Shown piece by piece: positions 11,184 through 21,500 of a stretch of 64,000 nucleotides of DNA. Position 1 is the first letter of the stretch; each line of letters starts with the position of its first letter. The DNA comes from Schizochytrium sp. TIO01 (lineage: Eukaryota; Protista; Bigyra: Labyrinthulomycetes), in NCBI GenBank assembly GCA_004764695.1, contig SMSO01000032.1:8774483-8838482 (forward strand), given 5' to 3'. Both the position numbers and the translations under genes were made by a program. The notes under the pieces were generated by a model. The model saw only the letters and a list, made by a program, of their open reading frames with translations. It had not been told where the DNA came from and searched no databases.

Positions 11184-13564
11184 TTGGACAAGGCCATGCG
11201 AGGCCCTCCAATGCTTAGACGTGGCTTTCAGAAAGGGCTTACAGCCAAGGATCTGAGCCTTCTCATGTATAAAGGTAGTAGTTATCCAGCGATGGTCCTG
11301 GCTGGATGTTTGCTGTAAACTGACTTCTTATCGAGGTTTAATCAAGGTCACGTCTCCTTTGACGATGTCATCTGGCTGACTTACTTTACAAGAGAATCTC
11401 CGGGATTGACCACGCGAGGTCTTTCCCTTACTATGGGCTCTATTACGTTACGGAGGTCGTCTCCGCGGATTTGCATGTGAACATGTCTGTTAGATAGACC
11501 AAGCATAGTCTTTCTTTTCTAATACAAGATCTGTAGATATGAAAGAATGATGTACTGTTCGGAGCCGAGCCAAGGGAGGCCTTTTCTGAACTTTGAAATT
11601 CTAGAGTGACCAAGGGAGGTCTTTCTAATCGAAAACTTGTATACATCTTTCAATATTCGGCATTAAATCATGCGAAGTTTTCTCACGAAGCGTTATCTGG
11701 ATGCATTTATCTTCAAATTGATCAAGGGAGATCAACTTTGAAGTATTGAGGTTAGAAAAGCTATTTTACACCCCAAATGGTAACTGTAGCTGATTTTGCT
11801 ACTATCAATGGAGGCTCTGAAGCGTGTTTGCAAATTGGTCAAGGGAGACCTTTGTGTGTAACATCTGGGCACATCATCGACAAGCATATGAAAAGCACAA
11901 GTTCAAGCTGACAATGGATTATGGCCAAGGGAGGTCCCATATTCGCAAAAACTTTGTGTAGGTCAAAATAACTCATGCTACACTTGCCATTAGGGTTACT
12001 TTTTGTCTGATGAAGCTATGTGGATAATGACCAAGGGAGGTCCCACAAACAGCATCAGATATTGTGGCTGCAAAAGCGATAGGATACAACTGAAATTTAG
12101 ATGCGAAATCGTGACCAAGGGAGGTTCTTTTTCAGCTGATGAACTTATTAGTGTCTCTGTCCTTTTACAGTTTGGAGTTGAGATAAATGAGAAGAAAATG
12201 AGGGGAAAGTTGCCGAAAGTACTGTGCAGATCAAGGGAGATCTTCATGGCGCCACCGGCTCAAACCCTCTCTTTCTGATCGTCAACGTTTTGGGGGAACG
12301 GAGACTTGGGGCTCAACAAAAGGAGGTTTGATACATGCCCATTTCAGGTACACCAACATGATCAAGGGAGATCTGGTTAGCCTAAATTTGGTCCTGACAT
12401 ATTTTCTTTTTGTGGCACCACTTTGGAGACACATGCACAATCATAACCATCACTGTGCTTCGAATGTGATCAAGGGAGATCCTCGAGCATACATATGATT
12501 ATGACTTCATTGCATTATTGTTGGTATATTTGTAGCTTGAAGATGACCAAGGGAGGTTCCTTCATTCAACAAATAAAGACTACAAATTTTCGATGCCACG
12601 CTCACGCTCAGTAAACCTGATGAGACCAAGGGAGGTCCTTCAAGTTACTGTGCAGAACTATACTGTGTGCTTGGGCTCTGTATGTAGGACAAAAACCAAG
12701 GGAGGTTTCCTACGCGTGGATCCAAGACACTTTAAATTCTCCTCTCAGTCAAGCCTCCTCCTCAACTTTTCTTCATTGAGTGAAAACACAAGATACAAGT
12801 GTCCTAGCATGAAAACAAATGACCAAGGGAGGTCTTTTATGTCTTCGACACACAAACCCGTGTTTGCTCTCCTTAAGGCAATGGTGAATGACCTTATGCA
12901 TGTCAGTTTTTCGACAAACCCTATTCACAAGACTAAGGGAAGTCCTTTGTGATGATGGCCACGTCTATGCGCTGTATGCATGTTTATTTATTGTGTGAAG
13001 AATTTGAGCCAAGGGAGGTTCTTTCTGCGTGCAATAAAGCAACTCCTTCAGTCTTCGCCCGAACCAATATAAACGTCCTCAATTCACAGCTATCACCTAT
13101 CTGTGCACTTTTCCATCACATCCAACTCCGATCATCCCTATCTCAACTTTACAATCAGTAAGATGACTACAAACTAAGTGACCCATAGTCTTCTGCCCAC
13201 TACCAATCTCCAGTAAATCGCTGCACCTAGCATCTTGTGAACGACACGTAAGTATTGTCCAAGGGAGGACTTTCCAAACTCGTGGCTTTCACAATATGCT
13301 ATAGATTTTGAAGGATATGCTGCAACGTCGAGCACCATCTCTGCCCAAGGGAGGACTTTGATGCATTTGCCAACACATTGTTGCCTTATCCTGATTGCAC
13401 ATTTTTCATACGCCAAGGAAGGCCTGATATACTGTGAGATGAGTAATAGGTCAAGACTTTAAAGTTCCACTTTATTATTCCCAGGGATCTGACAGAGTAA
13501 ACCATACTGCCATCGTTGAACAAAGTTCATGCATGACCAAGGGAGGTTTCATACTATGAGCTTT
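11184..13564 (+). ncRNA. Putative structured non-coding RNA domain: array of ~22 stem-loops with an AAGGGA hexaloop (19 exact, 3 loop variants)
   Basis: AAGGGA loops at 11572, 11612, 11724, 11841, 11927, 12033, 12117, 12233, 12364, 12472, 12549, 12628, 12698, 12825, 12935, 13011, 13261, 13347, 13539; variants ATGCGA 11196, ACGCGA 11412, AAGGAA 13415. Flanking 4-bp stems show compensatory changes and G-U pairs on the + strand. No credible ORF. Confidence 0.8.
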
Positions 13565-15140
13565 CACAACGTGCAGCGTCCTCACCTGGACATGTCTTCT
13601 ACACTCTTCTGTCTCTGAGTTACCCGTGGCACGGTCTATTTTATTGACCTATCTATTTTTTTTTTCTAACCCTTGCTTTCAGCATGTTCAAAGGCCAAGG
13701 GTCGAGTGCGGCCTTGGTTAGGTAGGGCCTTTGGGATGCGGCCACGAACGCTAGAAAATTTTCGCCAAATACCTTATTTGTAGCAAGGTACGCGCAACTT
13801 ACGATAACCAAGTAAATTGTGTGAATTGCTTCTATAGTGGCACCCAAACTTTAAGTACTTAAAACACAGAACACATTTTGCTTATATATTTTCATTTCCA
13901 CTTCGTTTCAGTTCTTACTTTTAATACAACTCTGAAGGCTTCCGAACATTGCAGTATCAGCACTGGCAGCTTTCCAAGTGCTTGCTTCCCTCCTTTTGGT
14001 TATCATTATTATGATTGCATAATTATCATTATCATTCTTGCTATTATACTTATTAAAATTGTCCCGACTCGGCAACACCAAGAAAGAACTCTAAATCGAA
14101 GACTCTCGGGGACCTTCTTAACGTCTACCTTTGACAATGTGTAGGTCCCGTGAAGCAGCGTGTAGATCGTTTTGGTTCTTCTTCAACATGGTTACTTTCA
14201 ATTTAAGTCTGATAGCTTGGAGTCGTACAATCCTCAGTCGGATAAAACTCTCGTAAGAGTCTCTGAAAGACGTTGAGAGGTAGCTCGGAGCAATGTTCAG
14301 CAATAGAGAGGTTGTTCAAATCGTCATACGTTTACGATAGCGTGGTGGTTTGGAACGCCACAGTGAGAGCTTCGTTTCAGACTAGTGTTACGATGTGTGA
14401 GAGTGACTTCGTTTATGATATGTGAACTGATTGCGAGCTTGCAAAATCTGAGAATGTGTATTGTCAAAAGGAAAGCAAGAGACAACATGGAGAGGAAAAT
14501 ACAATCGTTGGCAAGAAGATAGGGACAATAACAATTAAATATTGAGAGAAGCAAATGAAATGTCGCATGAAAAGTGGGGCTGATGATATTAACAGAGAAA
14601 CAGTTTCAGGATTTTTTTATTTTTTTTTAATTTGAAGCTACAAAGGAAGATTTTAGTCACAAGATCATCAGACAGGGAACAGATGTCAGAGTGGTGGAAA
14701 CCTCTACATAGATCTTAGTGAATGCAGTTGAAGAGCTCTGCTAGTACTTCGTCGAGGGTAACCCAATAATCTTTTAGTGGCGGCAGCAAAAACAAGAGCA
14801 GCGGCTGGAACGTTTCCCTTGGTGAAAGAATCCAATATAATGCTATGCTGCAAAAAGAAATCACTTTAAAGTGTATGAGTTCTGTGATGGGCTCGTTCTT
14901 TTCTTTTTCTTTTTTTTTTGCGTGATGCGCACATTTGATTTCCACATGCTGGGGTACACAGGGCAAAAGCGTCGTAGACAGGTTGTACAGGGCTACTCAA
15001 GTTTCTTGCTAGTGATGTGTGTGTGTTGGGGTGGGGGTATGAAGTGGGTTTGTTTGAATGTATGGTCGGGTTGCAGTCCTATTGTTTTGATTCCATGAGG
15101 GCGTTGATATGTTTGGCTCGCGTGCCTGCGAAAGAGGTGT

Positions 15141-15659
15141 TTAGACCTTCTCTACAAGGGACGTCTCAAGATCTAATGCGGGGTTTTCTGCACCCCCATC
15201 CAAGTCTATTGAGTTGGCCTTGTTGTTGGTATTAATGCGGCTGTTGAGCACGAACAGACCAATGATGAAGCCAAAGATGCCCAAAAATCCCGATACGAGA
15301 GCAAAGATTGCAATCGTGCGGGGTTGCATAACGCGCTTTTCCTCAGGCAGGTGGGCCTCGCGCGATCTGAGGCAATAGGTGCTCACAGCCATGAAGATCA
15401 GCGAGACGGTTACTGCAACGAGCATGCAGTGGTAAGGATAATTTTGTGTGCAGCGGATTGAAAATCTTTGGACCTTGTTGATCATGTCCTCGAGCTCGTC
15501 ATACTCATGGAGATTGTCCAGCACAGATGCCTTGTTTATCCATGGGCGGCTCACGCACTGAATTACAGTGGAGAAAATGTAGCATCCCCCGCTCTCGCAT
15601 AGATTCTCGCAGCAGCTGTCCTCTGCGCTGTAAAACTCAAGTGATTTGCAAAGAGGCAT
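15141..15659 (-). CDS. Small membrane protein with N-terminal 6-Cys module and TM segments (paralog of 25451-25927)
   Basis: ATG at 15659 (aaaATG). C-x11-CC-x3-C-x4-C-x8-C; shares REAxLPxExRV and GxxGFI...INxNxK with the paralog. Confidence 0.75.
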   Translation of the reverse strand: MPLCKSLEFYSAEDSCCENLCESGGCYIFSTVIQCVSRPWINKASVLDNLHEYDELEDMINKVQRFSIRCTQNYPYHCMLVAVTVSLIFMAVSTYCLRSREAHLPEEKRVMQPRTIAIFALVSGFLGIFGFIIGLFVLNSRINTNNKANSIDLDGGAENPALDLETSLVEKV

Positions 15660-16323
15660 TTTTCTGTTCGTCACCTCGACTCACGGAAGCAACAGCAGCA
15701 GCCGAATCTACAACGCTAATAATCCTCCACTCTAATGGTCCTGTTTGTCTCCGCTACAGGTGGAATGTCTGTTAGCGAGCTGATCCGTCGGCCCGAGCTT
15801 GTCCAGATAGCGCAGCAATCGAACGAGTGATGATAACGGGAGTGAATAAATTGGTACAAAAGTCACCCCTCCCAAAAGCAGAAGACCTTCTCCACAAAGG
15901 CAGACTTGCTAAGCTAAACACGGCCAGAATTAATTCTTGAGACTTGAACAAGCCTCGAAGCGTCCCTCTCGCGGTAGGCGGGGCGCGTGGTTCTGCTCCA
16001 CTATACTCCTCAGAGAGCGGAGACGAGCAAGAGAACCCTGGCTACGGTACGAGCAGCAGCGACAACGCTTTACAGCTACTGTAATAGTACAAGACTCTCA
16101 GGCAGCCGCACGCTTTGCGGTCTAACACTCTAACTCCGTCGCTCGCCGCGTACTCCAGGCAGGCAGCCAGGGGTACCGGCTTGTCCACCGCGGGCGTGCT
16201 TCTCTGTCGCGGCAGGCACGCAGGCAGGCACGCAGGCAACCAGCAAGCGTGAGCACCACGCTATCAGCGGGCGGAGCGACTTTGGAGGACCGAGCGGAAG
16301 TAGTTCTCAGTTTGCTTTCTCTC

Positions 16324-16324
<1 letters not shown>

Positions 16325-16378
<54 letters not shown>

Positions 16379-16495
16379 TTTCTTTTCTTTTAAACATTAT
16401 TTTAAATTTAAAGATGCTTGTTTGTTTGTTTGTCTGTTTATTTGTTTGTCTGTTTATTTGTTTATTTGTTTATTTGTTTATTTGTTTATTTGCTT
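16325..16495. repeat. Compound microsatellite (CTTT)n / (TTTG,TTTA)n
   Basis: Read directly; source of the spurious 305-aa and 239-aa ORFs. Confidence 0.9.
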
Positions 16496-17464
16496 TCCAT
16501 TATTTCATTTCATCCTCCCTTCCACTTCCTTTCGACACTTTCTGTGCTTTAAAAACGATTGTTCCATACCCAAAAAGGAAAGAAGAAGAAAAACAAAAAC
16601 AGAAGAAACAACAACAACAACCCTTTCTTTCCTTGCAGCGAGCAGGCAGCCTTCGCTCTTCAGCCATGCGTATGATCTTCTTGCTAGGCCCACGCTCCCT
16701 CTCACTTCAGGCCGTGCCTTCTTCCCTTCCTTCCTGCCTGCCTGCCTGCCTGCCTGCCTGCACCTCACGCCCCTGCGCATCCCCTTCGCGACTCCTGACT
16801 TTGACTTTCAAGATGGGTGCTTCTGCTCTTTCTTTTCTCTTTCTTTTCTCTTTCTTTTCTCTCTCTTTTCTCTTTTCTTTTATTGCTTTTCTCTTTCTTT
16901 TCTCTTTTCTCTTTCTTTTCTTTCGTGCAGTTGGAAAGCCCTACCGCCCCCTAGCAACTCCTACCGCCCCCTCTCTCGACATCAGCGTCGAGGTTCTCCA
17001 CGGCCTCTCAGGCTTGCATTCCTTCGAAGGCCCTCTGCACCGCCTGCGGCTGCCAGACCGTCTGGCCAGCTGGCCATCCAGGCACACCACACCAGCCAGG
17101 CACTGCCTCGCTTGCCTTCGGCCGCCAGCAGGCAGGGCTGATCTCGCCTGCCTGGGTCTGCTTTGATGCTGCGACGATTTTGATTCCCTCCGTCTCGCCA
17201 CCTCCATATCAAACTCGTATGAGACCTTCCGGCGCACACTGGAGTTCTTCGAGTTTGCGGCTGTTCTTTTCGCGCTTCGCATCTTCCCTTATCGACGCAT
17301 CTGTAAGAAAGAACAGGCAGAGGTCGTTTGGAACAGAACAGACAGAACCCACTCCCTCCAAAGGCGGTGCTACAAAACTGTCTGTTCTTTCTAGACTTGC
17401 GTTCTTTCTTTTCTTTGCGTTCTTTTCTTTGTGTTCTTTCATGAATGAATGATTGATTGATTGA

Positions 17465-17495
<31 letters not shown>

Positions 17496-18537
17496 CAATC
17501 AAAGTCACGAATCCAGAATCAGGAAAGCAGCGATCGACCCATTGGCTGCCTGGGCGATAGAAACCTCTGTGCAGAGATATACATTAGTTTAGGATATGGT
17601 GGGTACGTCTGTAGTCTGTACGGGTTGATTTCAAGACTCTGGGTTGGTTCCTGGCGCACAGAGGAGTTATTGACGACGATGGTTCGCCTCGAAGAACCCC
17701 AGCGCTTCCGCCTGCCTCTTCATGAATCTCGCTCGCTTCGTGCGCTGCCGAATGGCAAAAGCCAAGACGTTGACAATCGCTGACAATCGCTGTCAATTGC
17801 TGTGCAGTGCAGTCCCTCGCAGAAAGCTTCCCAGCAATGCATGAATGAACGAATGAACGAGAGAGTGAATGAGTGAATGAATGAATGGTGATACATACTA
17901 CGGTTTTCCTTTGTGCATCCAATATCAACCACCGCAGTTTTATCAGCATCCGTTTCTTTCGAAGCGCCATCGACCGGCCGGAGAATGTGCAATTTATCTA
18001 TCTACGCATCGGTCTTCAGGCTCGAGTTGACTTGAGAGCTTGGCGAACAATCGACTAAATTGAATAATACTCCACGAACGGAATCCAAGAGCGCTCTGCT
18101 ATTTCACTAACGTACATCCATCATTGTCGCACACTCTTTCTGATCTGAGGCGATAGATAATATAGATCCATATGACCGACCTTAGTTACCACGGAGACCT
18201 GCACTTATCTGTTTAGTTCTACGCAACTGTCCCCTCGAAGTTCTCCGCCTTTGGCTTCGACTTGGTGGATTGAGGTCGGTTCTCCGTGTGGTTCTAACGC
18301 CCAAACGCCAAAACTTCTGAGTTGGTTGGTTAGTTGGTTGGTTGGTTGTTCGTTCTTCGTGATTTCTGCTGTCCTTTCAGGTTTTCGTTAATCAATCGAG
18401 AGCCACGCCGCCGGTGTTCTTTTCTTTCCTTCACGAAGCGTTCCTCTCTCCGGGGCCTCCTATACAGGTGCCGTAGATACCGGTAGGCAGCTCGTTCTCT
18501 TCGCCGCTGAGAGACCGCCGCTGACTTTGCGCTCCGC

Positions 18538-18573
18538 TTCTTCTTCTTCTTCTTCTTCTTCTTCTTCTTCTTC
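18538..18573. repeat. (CTT)n microsatellite
   Basis: About 12 CTT units. Confidence 0.9.
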
Positions 18574-21500
18574 TCTTTTTATTACTTTCTCTTTTACCTT
18601 TTTCTTTCGAGGCGCCCTATGATCCCAGCTACCCGTTAAGCTAGCCTCGCGCCCTTGGTGGGGGAAAGAGTTCTTTCTCTTTCACTTCTTCCACTGATCC
18701 TCTTGAATAGTTAGTTTTCGCTAGCTAGAGCTCTTTTAATTATTGTTATTACTATTATTATGTTAAAAAAATAATAATAATTAAATTACAAAAATAAAAC
18801 AAATACCAAATCACTGTTATTCCATCATACTTTCAATTCACTTTAAAATTAAGTCACGAAATTTTAATTTTTAAAGCAAACAAGGAGAGAAAGAAAGGGA
18901 GAAAGAAAGAAAGCTGAAGCATGGAAGCCCAAAGCAGAGAGAAGAAAGATCTCCGCGGGCTCTCTTGCTCAGCCTCGCTCTGAAGACAGACAGACAGGTA
19001 GATATTCATTCAGATAGACAGAGAAAGGCAGAGAGCCAAGGCACAGCCAATACCAACCAGCCAGAAGCCGAGCAGCCCAGGGGCACTGGCGCCGCAAAGG
19101 ATCTCTCTCTCTCTCCTCGTCTCTTTGATTGATTATTTATTCATTCATTCTTCGCTTTGCCTCTTTGTCTCTTTGTCAGTCTGCCTTTCTGGTTGGTGGT
19201 TGGCGGTCTCTTAATGCTTAGCTGGCTCGCTGGCTGAAAAGAGACGCCTCCTTGAACTTGTATTGAAGTGTGAATCGCAGATGCTTCCAGCTTGAGAGAC
19301 ACTTTCCATTTGAAAGTGGAGACGCACTGCCCACCGTGCCCCACGTGCGGCGCAGACACAACGGCTTCGCATACGAGTACACTTGAAGATGCGGGTATTT
19401 CGTACGGAGTGGGGTGTATTAAGGGAGTTATGATATAATGGGTTAACTGGCGCTATTGGCATACTAGCATATAGAAGGTGTGAAGTGTGAGATTGGAAGG
19501 GATTGAAAGAAAGAGTGCGGAAAGGCGAAGGGAGAAGAAGGGGCGAGATAAGGGCGGAGGAGGGCGATTATTGGCTTAATACAAGTTCATCACACGATGG
19601 GCATGTGAGGGTATCCGTTCATCGCTTGAGCTTTGAATCACCTGTCTGAATGGATGAAATAATGGAGGGAGAAGTAGGTGCAACAGCTTCAAGAGTTACT
19701 ATCGCAACTCGAGGAGAAAACTCGAACGGGGATGATCGTTGGTCATCATTTCTCTGCGCAAAAAAAGCCTCAAATCCGTTCTCTCCGGACAGCCCAACAT
19801 CGAACTAGAACAAGACCGGTAGGGTAGGTAGGTAGGTTCATGTGAGTATGCGCAGGGAATCGATTTCTTGGAGTTCTCGCGACGCCCTGTTATATTACTA
19901 GCAGGGGAAGGAGGAAGGGTGCTAGCTAAACTGGTAGCTACGCCATAACTAAGAAACAGTGAGTCTCATCATGATGGTTTCCCTTTTTCTGCGACGATGT
20001 ATAGAATGATTGGTTTATTGAGTCGCAAGCTTCGAGCTGGCCTGAGGCGAGCAAACACAAGCAACCGCAGGTGAGGCTGGAGCTTTCCGTTTGAACTGAC
20101 TTGCGTTGGTCTTTTGTTTGATTTTGCTTGATTGCTTTCTGCGTGGCGGAAACATATTGTCTATTTATGGCTTGGGCAGGGGTGACGAAGTCTGGGGCGA
20201 GAAACGACTTTTATGGTTGTTATGGCGTTATGTTATCTTATTGTTGATGCGTCGCACTTTTTTTTCTTCTTCTTTTTTCCTTCTTTTTTTCCCTTCTTTC
20301 CCTCTCTTTGCCATGTTTATTTTGAAGTTCTCCTCTTCACGTTCTTTAATACTTCTCCTAGAGGACGCAAGTTGAGTAAAAATTAATCAAAGGTTGAGGT
20401 TGATTGTCTTGCGGAGAACCTGGAGATCCTGCCGGATCTGGATCAAGTACGTATACAGGATGATGGATGACTATGGTCCTATAGTGCTCAGTTCGAATTA
20501 CTTTTCTTTTACATTTACACTGCTTCGATAGATTCTTTTCTTTTCCCTCCTTTTTCTTGTGAAACATTTCTGCGTATAATATATATCATATCATATTTAT
20601 TTATTTTTTCAATTAAAAGATAAATTGAAAAATCAAAGTTTACAAAATTGATGATATTGGTGAAAAATGAAACTTTTAAAACTTACTATTTTGGAATCAG
20701 ACGCCTTGTGAATGAGTGAAGAAGAGGCTAGGAGCTTGTCTTGTGTATCATGATAATCTCCTGATTCGTATGGGGCACTCTGCTCTTCAAAAGTAGTATC
20801 TTTCAAGGTTTCGGTGAGGAGCACCTTCGAGAAAAACCTTCATACAAATGGTTAGTTCGCTAGGTCATATAATTTGACGCATGGCCTAGGCGCAATTAAT
20901 ACGACACTTGCAACTTTGAGTTCCCACTTTGCACAACTGGACATACTTTTAAAAGTTGCACACATAAAATAAACCCTAGCACAGCAGCTTTCACAGCATT
21001 AACAAAGAAGGCTCATCATCGTAACCTGGACCTGTGGCTGGAGCGAGTCATCATCAATAAAAAATGTGCATTGTGTGATGGTTACTGTTAAGGATAGAAT
21101 AATTTACAAATTGTTTTCTGATGGAGCTTAATTCTGCCAGGCGCAGGTAGGTATCTACGTGCGAAGAGTTGATGGATGAACTTGAATGGGGGTGAAAACA
21201 AACGAGTGAGCGAGTAAGCAACTTCAAGGCTACTACTGCTAGAGCTAACAGTGTCATGCGCTACTAGGTTGTTTTTTAATTTTACCAGTTGCTGTCGTTC
21301 GTTAGATAGTTGGGAAGAGTTTCTGCACACGACTGCCACTGCTTGCTGTTTCAATCGGTCCCAACCTCCATGCAGCAGCTATCTAGGTTCTAATCAGTAA
21401 TGTATGTACAGACTGCATCTGGACTCAGAAAACCATACATACTGCTTGCACCTGGAGACCATACGATTCTATCAGCGTCAGTTTGCACGTGCCTTTTACC

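Noticed and set aside
11804-12330. Degenerate loop copies AATGGA (11807) and AAAGGA (about 12319)
   Set aside because: Stems pair poorly, so they were not counted in the array.
12617-12645. Hammerhead ribozyme (CTGATGA-GACC-loop-GGTC)
   Set aside because: The required GAAA after stem II is absent (CTTC follows). The other CTGATGA sites near 12007 and 12136 also lack the core.
11996-13416. Short ORFs across the hairpin array (TKGG/PREV/GPPLV repeats)
   Set aside because: The motif falls in all frames with frequent stops; conservation follows base pairing, not codons.
11567-13564. CRISPR array interpretation of the GACCAAGGGAGGTC repeats
   Set aside because: The conserved core is only about 14 nt, spacing is irregular (40-250 nt), stems covary instead of being identical, there are no cas genes, and the context is eukaryotic.
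16249-17166. 305-aa and 239-aa ORFs
   Set aside because: Translations of microsatellites (FLSF, CLFV, LPAC) with non-ATG starts.
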